From positions 113,648,001-113,712,000 of the forward strand of contig NC_058373.1 in the NCBI RefSeq assembly GCF_018350175.1: DNA of 64,000 bases, read 5' to 3'. Origin of the DNA: Felis catus (taxonomy: Eukaryota). Shown one piece after another: positions 37,940 to 50,974 of this stretch (positions are counted from its first letter, which is position 1; the number at the start of each line of letters is the position of its first letter). The position numbers were made by a program, and so were the translations under genes. The notes beneath the pieces were generated by a model. It made no database searches, had not been told where the DNA came from, and saw only the letters and a list, made by a program, of their open reading frames with translations.

Positions 37940-38143
37940 GGGGCACCTAGTTGGCTCACTGGGTGAGCCAACTTCGTCTCAGGTCATGATCTCATGGTTC
38001 TTGAGTTCGAGCCCCACGTCGGGGTCTGTGCTGACAGCTCAGAGCCTGGAACCTACCTCAGGTTCTGTGTCTCCCTCTCTCTGCCCCTCCCCTGCTCATG
38101 CTCTTTCTCTCTCCCTCAAAAATAAATAAACATTAAAAAAAAA
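37940..38143 (+). mobile_element. Can-SINE
   Basis: TSD aagaaactaaacattact at 37922-37939 and 38144-38161. Confidence 0.96.
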
Positions 38144-38708
38144 AAGAAACTAAACATTACTAACACCCTAGAAGTCTTCATTGTGTGCCCTTTCAGCCAC
38201 TGCTGCTCTCCATTTGTGACCACTACTCCAATTTCTAAACCATAGATTGGGTGTGTTTGTTTGTTTGGTTGGTTGGTTGGTTTTGAATTATATATAAGTG
38301 CAGTCATATGGAATGAATTCTGTTGCATATGACTCCTTTCACTCAACAATATATTTGTGAGATTCATCATGTTTTGTGTAATTGGAATTTATTCATTTTA
38401 TTTGCCATGTAGTATTCCATTACTAGAATAATCATGCAATAGAATATACTACATTTATTTACCCGTTATCCTATTAATGCATGTTGGGGTACTTTTCCAT
38501 GTCTGGCTAATGTGAATAGGGCTGTTACGAACATTTTTCTGTATGCTTTTTGGTGAACATATTTACATGCCCCTTTAACCTAGGAGTTGAATTACTGGGT
38601 CATTGCTTTTGCCTGTGTTCAGCTTTAGAGGTTTAGTGGTTGCCAATTAAGTTGTTTAACTAATTTTCATTTTTACCAGCAGTGTTTGAGTTCTGATTGT
38701 TCCACTTT

Positions 38709-38927
38709 GTTTTTTTAATTTTTTTAATGTTTATTTATTTTTGACAAAGAGAGAGACAGAGCATGAGTGGGGGAGGGTCAGAGAGAGAGGGAGACACAGA
38801 ATCCGAAGCAGGCTCCAGACTCTGAGCTGTCGGCATAGAGCCCAACACGGGCTCAAATTCACAGACACGAGATCATCACCTGACCCAAAATCGGACGCTC
38901 AACCAAACGAGCCACCCAGGTGCCCCC
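38709..38927 (-). mobile_element. Can-SINE inserted in the tail of the next SINE
   Basis: Tandem pair sharing the outer TSD ttgttccac at 38697-38705 and 39247-39255. Confidence 0.93.
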
Positions 38928-39010
38928 TTTTAAAATATTTTTTAATGTTCATTTATGTTTGAGAGAGAGAGAGAGAACGGGAGAGAGGGAGGGAGGGAAG
39001 GAGGGACGGG

Positions 39011-39066
<56 letters not shown>

Positions 39067-39246
39067 GAGAAACACAAAGGGGGGGGAGGGGCAGAGAGAG
39101 AAGGAGACATAGAATCCAAAGTGGGCTCTAGGCTCTGAGCTGTCAGCACAGAGCCCAGCCTGACACAGGGCTAGAACTCGTGAACTGTGAGATCATGACC
39201 TGAGCCAAAATTGGATGCTTAACCAACTGAGCCACCCAGGCGCCCC
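38928..39246 (-). mobile_element. Can-SINE with expanded (GA)n
   Basis: Long purine tract at 38961-39070; head ...gagccacccaggcgcccc. Confidence 0.95.
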
Positions 39247-39708
39247 TTGTTCCACATTCTTATTGGGACTTGGTATTTATTTATTTTAGCCATTCTAGTG
39301 ATGTTGACTATCATAGTATGCTGTTAATTTGCCTTTTCTTAATGGTTAAATACATTATCACCTTTTTCATATACTTATTGGCCATTTGGATAGTCTTTTT
39401 GGTAAAGTACCTATTTGAGTTTTTGCCCATTTGGATTGTCTCCTTTTTTCTTATTGACATGTAGAAGTTCTTTATACATTACAGATACCAATCGTTTGTT
39501 GGATATATGTACTGCAAACAGTTTCTTTTATGGGTAGATTTTATATTAGCTTTTAAAGTTTCTAATAGTTATTCAAGTTTTCTGTTTCTTTTTGAGACCA
39601 TTTTAATTTTTATGGCAGGTTGATTTATCTGTTTTTAAATCTGTTGATATAAAGTTGTTTTAATTATTCTAGAAAATTATTAGTCACTATCTCTTTAAAT
39701 ATTGCATA

Positions 39709-39926
39709 GGGGTGCCTGGGTGGCTTAGTCAGTTGGGCATCGTACTTCAGCTCAGGTCATGATCTCATGGTTCATGAGTTTGAGTCCCACATCAGGCTCT
39801 GTGCCGACAGCTCAGAGTCTGGAGCCTGCTTCGGATTCTGTGTCTCCCTCTCTCTCTGACCCTCCCCTGCTCATGCTCTGTCTCTCTCTTTGTCAAAAAT
39901 AAACAAACATTAAAAATAAATAGAAA
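39709..39926 (+). mobile_element. Can-SINE
   Basis: TSD taaatat(t/a)gcata at 39696-39708 and 39927-39939. Confidence 0.95.
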
Positions 39927-40292
39927 TAAATATAGCATATACAACCATAGATGAGTATGTGTGTGTATTTTTAACATAACTGGTAGCATGCTTTATATAC
40001 TGTTTTGTACTTTGTTTTCTTAACAATATTTCTTGGAAATTTTTGCTTTTCAATATATAGAGAGCTTCTAATTTTTAAAAATAGCTTCAGAGTATCTAAT
40101 AATGTTATGTGGTAAGTTATTACCCAGTCCCATATTAATGGGCATTTAAATCATTTTCAGTCTTTTGCTATAACAAACCTAGCTACAATGATAATAAATT
40201 TATAAAGTGGAATTTCTGGTCTCATAAATACCTGGGCTGGTACAATATTAACTTTTATGTTTATTGTTCTGCTTTTAATTTTTAAAATCTTT

Positions 40293-42315
40293 AAAATATT
40301 GAGATACAATTTATATACAATAAAATTCACCATTATTAGGGGTTCAATTCAGTGGTTTTTTTTTTTTTAGCATATTCAGAGTTGTGCAACCATTACCACT
40401 ATCTAATTCCAGAACATTTTCATCATCCCAAAATGAAACACTGTACCTATTAGCAGTCTTCTGCCTTCCACTGGCCCCTGGCAACCACAAATCTACTTTC
40501 TGTCTATATTTGCCCACTGTGGACATTTTATATAAATGAAATCACACAAAATGTGGTCTTTTGTGTCTGGCTTCTTTTCCTTAGTATAATGTTTTATTAA
40601 AATTTCATCCATATTGTAGCATGTGTTAGTGCTTAATTCCTTTTATGGCTAAATAATATTCCATTGTATGGGTATACCATGTTTTAGTTGATGGACATTT
40701 GGCTTGTTCCTACTTGTTGGCTATTATGAATAATCCTCCTATGAATGTTTGTGTGCAGATTTTTGTGTGGACATATGGTTTCAGTTTTCTTCAGTCTATA
40801 CCCAGGAGTGGAATTTCTGGGTTATACAGTAATTCCATGTTTAACTATTTGAGGAACTATCAAACTGTTATCAGCTGCACCATTTTACATTCCCACCAGC
40901 AATATGTAAGGGTTCCAATTTCTCCACATCTTTGTTAACACTTACTCTTTTATTTTTTTTTTAAATTTATGGCTGCTGTCCGAAATGATTATGAAGATGT
41001 ATCTCATGGTTTTGAATTGCATTTTCCTAATGACTAATAATATTGAACATCTTTTCATGTGCTTATTGGCTATTTATATGTCTTCTTTAGTGAAAGGTCT
41101 ATTCAGATTTTTTGCTTCCTTATTTTAATAGGTAATTTATCTTTATATTATTGAGTTGTATGAGTTCTTTATATAGTCTGGATATTAGACCCCTATCAGG
41201 TACATGATTTGGTTATTTTCTTTCATTCTGTGTGTTGTCTTTTCACTTTCTTGATAGGGTCTTTTGAAGCAAAATTTAAAACATTTTAATGAATTCCAAT
41301 TTATTTGTGTTTTTTTTTGTTGCTTGTGCTTCTGGTATCATATTTAAGAGTTTATTTCCAAATGTACCTGAAGTCACAAAGATACACTCTATGTTTATGG
41401 TTGTAGCTTTTACATGTAGGTCTTTATTCCCTTTTGAGATAATTTTTGCATATAGTATCAGGTAAGGGTGCAACTTCATTCTTTTGCATGTGAATATCCA
41501 CTTGTCTCAGAATTTTTTTGAAAAGACTTTTTTTTCCTCATTGAATGATCTTGGCATGCTTGTTGAAAATCAGCTGGCTGTAGATGTATGTATGGGTTTA
41601 TTTCTGAACTCATAAATCTATTCCATTGATCTACCTGTCCTTATGTCACTACTACACTGTCTTGATAATTGTAACTTTTTAGTAACTTTTGAAATTGGGA
41701 AGCGAGTCCTCCACTTTTGTTCTTTTCCAAGATTGTTGGCTATTCTGACTCCTTTGCATTTTCATGTGGTTTTTAGAATTAGTTTGTCCATTTCTATAAA
41801 AAAAAAAAGGCAACTGGAATTCTGATAAGAATTTGTGTTAATCTTAGACCAAATGAGGAGTATTGCCATCTTAACCATATTAAGCATTCAAATCCATGAA
41901 ACATGGGATGTCTTTCCTTTTTTTTTTTTTTTTAAGGTCTTTTAAAAATTATTTTAATAATGGCTTTGTCACTTTTATTAAACATTGTGCAGAGGTTCTA
42001 GCCAGGGCACTTAGGTAAGAAAAAGAAATAAAAGGCAATAGTTTGGAAAGGAAAAGGTAAAATTGTCTTTGTTTGCAGATTACCTGATCTTTTATATATG
42101 GAAACCCCAAAAGAATTCCCAAAAAGAAAAAAAATAATTAGAGAAAATAAATGAGTTCTGCAAGTTTGAAAGATTCAAGATCAATAAACCAAATGACTTG
42201 TATTCCTATATGCCATCAATGAAAATGTGAAAATGAAATTAAGAAAATAATTCCATTTACAATAGAAAAAACCAATAAAATAGGAATAAATTTAAACAAA
42301 GAAGTGAGATACTGT
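40293..42315 (-). mobile_element. L1MB-like element with a 5' inversion
   Basis: Minus-strand 3' part at 40293-41962; plus-strand ORF2 RT segment at 41963-42315 (KLSLFADYLI, cf. KLSLFADDMI). Confidence 0.85.
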
Positions 42316-42539
42316 TCTCTTCTGATTTCTATTTCTCACCCCTGGTATTTGGGGATTTTAAAAATTAATTTGAAGCTCATCTATGTTTACAAAATAAAAA
42401 TCTATGTATATCTTATCTAATATTTCTATATGTTTAGAAAGAAGAGAAGTGACTGTATATGTGTATGGTTAGAGAGATCTAGGTTAGATCATTTCCCCAA
42501 ATTACTGGAAATTCACCAGTAGATTTTCTAACTATAAAT

Positions 42540-43800
42540 AGTTTTTGGTAGCTTCAACCCAATTATAGGAGAAAGGTATTAAGCAAAGGTATAAATGCAA
42601 TGGAGCAAATTAATAACAAAGTGCTGATAAATATGACTAAATGAAAATTTTAAATGTCTTTACATTAGAAGAACTTTAAAAGCCAACAATAAAGAGGTAG
42701 AAATACTCCTAAATATATGTTGGTAAAGTGCAAATATCTTTTTTTTTTTTTTAAGGGCAAATATCTTTCTATGTGAAGTATTCTTTTAAATCATTGAGAA
42801 GGGGAAAATGGTAACCTATAATAGAAAAATGGCCAAATAATATATTAAAATAAGAATTCACAGAAGAGGGGCACCTGAGTGGCTCAGTGAGTTAAGTGTC
42901 CAACTCTTGATCTTGACTCAGGGCATGATACTGGCTCTAGTCATGATCTCATGGTTCATGGGATCAAGCCCTGTGTTGGGCTTTGCCCTGATAGCACAGA
43001 GCCTGCTTGGGATTCACTTGCTCCCTCTCTCTTTGCCCCTTCCCTGCTTGCATGCACGCTTGTGCACACTCTCCCTTTCTCTAAATAAAATAAACTTAAA
43101 AAAATTCACAGAAGTACAAGTGGCTAATAGAGAAAAGAAAAATATTTACCTTCATTAATGAAATAAATGCAAATTAAAATAGAGTCATGTTATTTTTTTG
43201 CCTTGCATACTTTAGAAAAATATGATGCCTTTTGTGGGTGAGTATGGAGTGAAACTCCTAAGATAACGCAATAGGGGAAGTGTAAACTGGCATTACATTT
43301 GACAGCACTTATAAAATTATATTTATGTAATTTAAACCAGTAGTTTTATTTTTGGAATTTATTCTGAGAAGATATTGTTTTTAATATGGATTAAGTACAA
43401 TATGTTCATTTCAGCATTTTTAATGGCATAAATTTGGAATCAACAATACAGAGATGGTTAGTTGCATACAGTAGAATATTTTACCATTATTAAAATTCAT
43501 ATTTTAAAATATGGAAAAGTTTCTCTTCATATAATGTTAATGTTAATTAATGTTAATGAAAAATTGCAAGATACAAAGCTATGTAAAAAGTTGATAACGG
43601 TTCTATAAAAAACAACGATCATTCACACAACAACCAACAAACATGCACAAACATACATATAGAAAAAGAAATACATCGTCATATTGACAGTGTTTGTCTT
43701 TAGGTGATTGAATTAAAGTTTATATTTTCTCCTTTATATAGTTCTGAATTTTCCAGATTTTCACAAATAAATGTGTTGCCTTTTAATTAGGAAAAAAAGT
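42540..43800 (+). mobile_element. Old L1ME-like 3' remnant
   Basis: aatagaaaaatggccaaa...aattcacagaag...aaatgcaaattaaaat...ggaagtgtaaactggcatta. Confidence 0.65.
42868..43102 (+). mobile_element. Can-SINE
   Basis: TSD aattcacagaag at 42855-42866 and 43103-43114. Confidence 0.95.
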
Positions 43801-44819
43801 ACAATATTTATGAGTAAGATGTTTTCACACAGATTAAAGAGATTATTATGGCATGGTGAGAATTTTTTCCATATGGCCTTGGGGTTTTCTTCCTTTGGTT
43901 TATGAGTGCTGACAGTTGTAAACTAGTTTGCTAAGTGATAGGAAGCAGCTTTGAAACTTGAAGTATTTAAATCTTAAGGATTTACAATGAAGAAAATACT
44001 TGGGCAAATAGTGTCAATAAGTCCTGATATGTACTGCTGACTTGTCACCAGTTGGGTTAACATTTGTGTAATGATAACTTTGTTATTCCTCCCCCATTTG
44101 TTAGTCTCCCATGCCGCCCTTCACCAAGCTCATGTAATTAGTTCAGTGTTACAGTAATGTAATATGCACTAGGGCCATTTGAGTAGCTCACTCTCACTCT
44201 GACCCCCTTCCAAAACCTATCACTTTTTCCTTTTAATGTTATATTTTATTTCTTGTTGTAAGTTTTTAAATAGGATTTCCTTAATAAGCAGAGCCATCTT
44301 CCTAGTCTTAGGTTCATGGTCTCTTTAATTATAGTGGAGTTTTCATGTTATGTCTAGAGTGGAAATCTGAGGTAATTCGACCTCATTTTGCATCTCCTGT
44401 GTGCCATTGCACTGATAGTAGGGGTGTAACAAAGAATAGACTATGATCCTTGCCTTTCTCTGATTCCCAGTGGAGATTTTATAGTGTGGGTGAGGGGTAG
44501 GGTGGCGGTGGTAGGTGGTAGTAGTGGTGATGGAGACAATGGCATAGTAATTAAAAGAATGAGCTATTCTACAACTTACTTGTTTTTTAACCTCAGTATA
44601 ACCACAGTATTCTCATCTGTGAGTAGAAATAATAGTGCTTTCTTCCATCACTCTCTATTTCCTTATATTTTAACCTTTTCTTCATTGAACTTTTTGCTTC
44701 TGAGACTAAATGGTTTTATTCATTTATTCACAATAATGTAAAATCCTAGAAGACAATCACTCTGTCTGGCTTACTCATATATTTCTAGCATGTAGAATAG
44801 GGTCTGCTACATAATAGTT

Positions 44820-45205
44820 CCCAATGTGTTTCTTCTGAAGCATTTTTCCTATGTATTTGTACAGAACTCATCCTCCAACTTTATTTAGTTCACTTCTCAA
44901 TTATCATCTCAATAGAGAGGCCTTGCTAGGCAACCTCTTCTATTAAATAGCATCCTTCATTTTTCTCTATTTTATCCTGCTTTATTTTTCTCCATAACAC
45001 TTAACAGTACTGATATTATATTATGTATCTATCTGTTTTCTTGCTTACTCCTGTCTTTTTCACTAGAGTCTAAGATCTATCAGTGCCAGGACTTTGTTCA
45101 CTCTTTTTTTTTTTTTAATTTTTTTTTGTTTGTTCACTCTCTTATCCTCAGTTTCTTATGAGGCACATTAGGCTGTCAAATGTTTGTTGAATGAATAAAT
45201 GAGTA
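44820..45205 (+). mobile_element. L2 3' end
   Basis: ccataacacttaacagtactg...cactagagtctaagatctat...aaatgtttgttgaatgaataaatgag. Confidence 0.75.
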
Positions 45206-45754
45206 AAACTGTTGAATATATGGGTAAATAGATAAAGGAATATTATTTTTGAGGTTGCTGTGAAAATGAAATGAACAAATTCATGTGTTTTACTTCCACA
45301 ATGACTGATACAAGTAGATGCCTAATAAATGTTAGCCATATACTATGATATGGCTCAGAATTTCTAATTTTACAACAAATTTGCAAAATTGGTATTTTTT
45401 TTAATATTATTTTACAAGTGAGAAAATTGAGGCTCAAGATCTGTTCAAGATTTAATAAATTCTGGCTAGTAGGGACTATTTCCAGGATTTAAACTTTAAT
45501 CTGCCTTATTCTTAAATACAGCCCTTTTCACTCTACTGTGCTGCTTTAAAAAATCTCAAAGGAGGATCATAGGTAGGAGTAAAGTGGCATTTGAATTGAC
45601 CTTGAAAGATGAATAGGAGTTTTCTTGACACACAATAGGGGGAAGGGCACACAGAGCATAGGGAACACTATGAAGAATGACATGAGTCATGGTTGTGCCG
45701 GTGCACTTGTGGGAGCTAGCTCCCGACTCTGAAGAGCTTTCAGTGGAATTTTTA

Positions 45755-46775
45755 CTTTTTAATTTACATCCAAGTTAGTTAGCATATACTGCAATAATGA
45801 TTTCAGTAGTAGAATCCAGTGATTCATCCCTACATGTAACACCCAGTGCTCATCCCAACCAGTGTCCTCCTTAATGCCCCTTGCCCATTTAGGCCACTCC
45901 CCACCCACAAACCTTCCAGCAACCCTCAGCTTGTTCTCTATATTTAAGTCTTTCATGTTTTGTCCCCCTCCCTGTTTTTATATTATTTTCGCTTCTCTTT
46001 CCTTATGTTCATCTGTTTTGTATCTTAAATTCCTCGTATGAGTGAAGTTATATGGTATTTGTCTTTCTATGACTAATTTCACTTAGCATAATACACTCTA
46101 GTTCCATCCACATTGTTGCAAATGGCAAGATTTCATTCTTTTTGATCACCGAGTAATACTCCACTGTCTGTGTTTGTGTATGTATATATATTCATTCATA
46201 ATGTATATTATTCATTCATCTGTTGGTGGATATTTGGGCTCTTTCCATACTTTGGCTACTGTCAGTAGTGCCGCTATAAACATTGGGGTGAATGAATGTG
46301 CCCCTTTGAAACAGCCCACCTGTATCCTTTGGATAAATACTTAGTAGTGCAATTTCTGGGTCGTAAGGTAGTTCTATTTTTAATTTTCTGAGGAACCTCC
46401 ATACTTTTTTCCAGAATGGCTGCACCAGTTTGCATTTCTGAAGTGCAAACAGGTTCCTCTTTCTCCGCATCTGCACCAACATCTGTTGTTGTCTGAGTTG
46501 TTAATTTTAGCCATTCTGACTGGTGTGAGGTGGTATCTCATTGTGATTTTGATTTGTATTTCTCTGATGATGAGTGATGTTGAACAGTTTTTGTGTCCGT
46601 TAGCCATCTGGATGTCTTCTTTGGAAAAGTGTCTGTTCATGTCTTTTGTCCGTTTCTTCACTGGATTATTTATTCTTTGGGTGTTGAGTTTTATAACTTC
46701 TTTATAGATTTTGGATGCTGACCCTTTGCCCGATATGTCATTTGCAAATATCTTCTCCTATTCTGTCGGTTACCT
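45755..46775 (-). mobile_element. Carnivore L1, 5'-truncated (about 1 kb), with ORF2 C-terminus
   Basis: [15 protein letters not shown]...[11 protein letters not shown] and [40 protein letters not shown] at 45742-45754 and 46776-46788. Confidence 0.96.
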
Positions 46776-46878
46776 AGCAGAATTTTTATAACTAGGGTGG
46801 TATGGACACTCTGGCTGCCAACCTTGTCAGTAGATTTTATATTTTAGTGGGTATGTCTTTGGCACACATGGAATAGAC

Positions 46879-47056
46879 CTGAGCTGTCCAAAATGGTAGC
46901 CAATAGATACCTGTGACCATTTAAATTTAATTAAGATTAAAGTAAAAAATTATTTCTTTAGATGCACTAGCTGCATTATTAGATGCTCAATCGCTAGAAG
47001 CGGCCAGTGATATGGAACATAACCATCATTTCAGAAAGTTCTGTTGGACAGCATTT
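46879..47056. mobile_element. MER3-like hAT MITE
   Basis: gctgtccaaaatggtagcca...tttaaatttaattaagattaaa...ccatcatttcagaaagttctgttggacagc. Confidence 0.82.
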
Positions 47057-50000
47057 ATTGCAGAATGTTAACACGTGACTAGATAGAGGATTCTAGCAAA
47101 ACATTTTCATAGAGGAGGAGAATAGTGAATTAAAAAGAGTTTTAAGTTTCCCAAACTACAAATGCTTTAAAAAACAGACTGGGAGCAGTTATTGGAAATT
47201 CTAATCTAATTAAGCTTTTCAAAAAGGCCAGTTAGGGTTTTGTTTTTCTTTATAGATGAAAACTTCAGTTTATTTGTCTTGGATAGGGCTACAAAGCCAA
47301 AAGCTTCTGGGGTCTTGGGAAATCACTCCAATGATATAGATTAAAAACCACCCCCATTAGCCTGGCATGCCAAAACAAATGGACTAAGAAACTTGGGATG
47401 GCCAGTCCTTGATCTAGGCCCTGAACTATGTAGACTGATCACTCATTAGGTAAAGAATTGATTTTAGCTGATATGGATCTCTAATCATCTTCATATTTAC
47501 AGAAGTTTATATCCTGACTCTTCCTACTTTATAAAAATTTCACACAAACCCTCAAAATATCTCCACAGGTTGACTTTATTTCCTCAGATACAGAAGTAAG
47601 AGCGCAGACCAACTTGCTCAATATCACATAACCAGGAGGTGGCAGAGCCACTGTGCAGTCTCAGATTTCTGACTCGTGAGTCAAGTGCTCCTTAAATCAC
47701 CTTTACAGAAAGGATATATTTCTTTCACCAGGATAAAAAGGAATGTACAAGTCTTCTGACTAAAATAAGAACTCAGATGGAAGGTAGGATGAAAGGCGTG
47801 AGAGAAGTGACCTTTTTGAAAACAACAGGTTGGTCCTCAAACTCACTGGAAGTCACCAAAGTCCTCTCCTGCCCCTCAGAATAGTAAGAGAGTAGTAGCA
47901 TGATGAAAGCAGTTGACTAACGCTTTGTTAATTAACTTGATTTGCTCTACTTAGGACCTGTGCTTGGACTTTGTTTGTAGAAAGAGATTTAAGGGAGATG
48001 GATTAAGATACATTTTGAAGAAAGAACGCACATTATTTGGCAAGAGTACCATTATTCCAATAGTCGCTCAGGCTTAAAACGTTAGTCTTCCCAATTCTAC
48101 TCAGGATTGATTGTGTCATCCTCTGGACTACAGTAACATGTTGTTTTCAACTATATTATTATATGCATTAAGGTCAAACTTTATCATTTTTGAAGATATT
48201 GTCTGTCTGCCTTGTTTTTGAGCACCTTGAGAGATGATCTATTTTTGTATTTTTGAGTGCCTTACACAAAGTAGAGTTTTCACAAATGTTTGCTGAACTG
48301 AAATTAATCATCTTTGACCATTCTCTTATTCTCATACTTAATAAATTACCACTTTCTCCCTATTGATTTTCGGCTCCCTCAATCTATTGATTTGCTTTAA
48401 TGCCCATTTCTCCTTCCCCTCCTACCACTCTAGTTCAGGCACTGGCCACCTATTTGTGGACAATTGAATAGTTTCTTAAGTTTGTTTTGTTTTTCCTCCA
48501 GTCTCCTAATCCAACCTGCGTAAGATGTCTAGAATACTCTCTTCAAATATTCCTATTACCATTTCACTCCTTTTCAGTGGCTTGCCATGACCCACTAAAT
48601 TAAGTGCAAATCCTTAAGTGATATTCAAAGCTCTTTATATGTAAACCGGAACCTATCTTTCCACAGCACTAAGGAGAGTTTTAAAGAAGTGAGTAGTTTA
48701 TAAGAATTGCTTATTGATGTGTTTAGATGACTATGAGAGTCAAAAGATTTTAAAGACGTAAAGTAACATAAGAAGTCACTTGAAAACAATACAGATATAT
48801 AATCAACTGCTTGACCATGTGATTAGTCCACAGGTGCTACATAAGTTGAGAGAAAAAAAATCATTTAAATCTTGGGGAATCAGATGTATAGCTTCATTGG
48901 AGAAGCTGATAGTTGTTTGGTGTCCTATATGATTTATTCATTTTTATTTTTTCAGCCCAAATCTTCCTCTGTCTTTCTACTACAAATATATAAGGTTTTA
49001 GAGTAGTGGGCTTTGTTTTGCCAATATAAAAATATTTCCTGTGTCAGAAAAATTCAGATGCTTATAAATAGATACTTTTGCTTAAATGTCATTATTTTAA
49101 ATGTTATTGGATCCCTTCCCAGTACTTAGAAAATTTATATACCTGAGCTGTTTCTTCTGAACAGCTTTTACTGTGGACACTTAGTTTGAAGTCATGCTGG
49201 AGTAATTTGAGGAAAGGAGAATTTGGCAGATATTATGCCATTTGAGTATCATAAAGGTTTAGGTTTCATACAGGGTATGGCATTGTTTAAGCTCAACTTG
49301 TAATAAATAGAGTTTGTCAAATATGTAGTAATATAGGTTCAAAATTGCTATTTTTACAGTGTTAGATTTTTCTGTATTGTTAGCTGCTCTATTTTGTACC
49401 GATCACAAATAATTTTTATTTCTTTGTCTTTTGGATGATTTTTTGGATGAAAGAAATGTAGCAAATCATACATAATAGTAAAAATATCAGATGTCTTGAA
49501 ATAATACTTCAAATTTTCCAGGGATTTTTTAAAATGGAGGATGTAAATTGGCTAGCTGTGTCTTTTTAGTGATTGGATTGGTTATTTTTCTCCATGACTA
49601 TTTTAACTAATTCAGCAAGGCAAATCATTTCTATGAACATGACATGGCCAACACCTTAGCTACTAGTAATCAACTCCTATCTATTCTTAGTCTGTAAAGA
49701 GAGCTGTCTATAAACATACTTATTATTTTTTACTTAAACTTTAGTTACTTTTGCATTTCTAAGCAAAATGAAAAACATTTTTAATACATATGACTTCATT
49801 TCCTCACTTTAGTACTCCAGTTTCCAAATTCCAATTTCTAAGGGCCTTCTGATTTACAGGCTCTCAAAAATCTTTCCTCCTCCAACTGAATTTAAGTAAT
49901 TAGCTTCTTCCTAATTTGGATCTTCAATTTGAAAACTTGTGTGTTTGATTTGGCATTAGATTGGGCATTGTGTTTTAAATGAGATTGTGTAATTGTGGCT

Positions 50001-50761
50001 ATAGATGATCACAGAAGTGTTTGCCGAGCAGCATATCCATAGCTTTGAGAAAACTGGAAAACAACTTTTCTACTAAGATTGTGATTCTCCTTGAGAGTCG
50101 CTTTAACTACAGTTAGGTACTGGCTGAACCAATTCCAGTTTAAACAACTGGACTCCAAACCCGTTTTCATTCTGATTAAGTATATTTATATATTCGGGAA
50201 TACAGAGGCACAACCTGTTAACAGCTGTAAATTTGGTTGATTAAGCAGTATGTAGACAAATTTACTAGGGGGAACTGTTCCCTAAAAATTCCAGTTCACT
50301 TACAAATGAAGGTAGTCTGGCTATTTCTTACCAGTTTCCATCATTCCCTGCCAAGAATAATAAACATTTTCTTGCAAAGGAGCAACACTAAAGGTTAGAA
50401 GTGTTTTATCAGTCACACTGGGCTGTCACGAATCTCAATAAACAAACATAGAGTTATCTATGTAGATGCCTAGAGAAGCGGTTGGACCCTAGAGAGATAA
50501 TTTCTTTCAGACAGTCTTCTAGACCTTTTCAAAGTATGTAGATGTCAATTATGAATAGACGTTTATTGTAATAGAAAGTATGGATGTTTGGGTCTACATT
50601 TTCATTTATCAACAGTTCAGGGAAGCTTGTGGTTTTAGTGGGAATAATAGGCTGAAGCCAGAAATGATGCTTTCTTAATTTAGCATAACTGTAAAGGCTA
50701 TTATAAGTATTATAATAAAAGTGGGTTTATTATTCTTGTAGTATGCAGCATTTCCCTGTAG

Positions 50762-50974
50762 TAGTCTTTTGGGCAAACTATGACCCAGTGTCCAGCCCAC
50801 AACACATTTTTGTAGTGCCCATAAGCTAAGAATGGTTTTACACTTTTAGAGGGTTGTAACAAACAAACAAACAAATTGATAACAAGGAAGGGTATGCAAC
50901 GAAGACTGTATGTAACCTTCAAAGACTGAAGTTTTTGTTATCTGGCCCTTAAAGAAAATATTTGCCAACCTCTG
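50762..50974. mobile_element. MER58-like hAT MITE
   Basis: ggcaaactatgaccc...agctaagaatggttttacac...tatctggcccttaaagaaaatatttgccaacctctg. Confidence 0.85.

Larger units (their letters stand above)
36430..39600 (-). mobile_element. Old L1M segments (ORF2 and 3' end) carrying several SINE insertions
   Basis: Reverse L1 motifs (ttgaatagaagtggtgatagtgggacc; aaatgtacagctcaatgaattttcacaaactgaac; cttattggccatttggatagtc). Confidence 0.75.

Noticed and set aside
38709..39926. Inversion between the inverted SINEs
   Set aside because: TSD pairs of both insertions remain direct repeats and the host L1 stays collinear.
46216..46661. L1 ORF2 C-terminal ORFs as a functional CDS
   Set aside because: The element is 5'-truncated and frameshifted.
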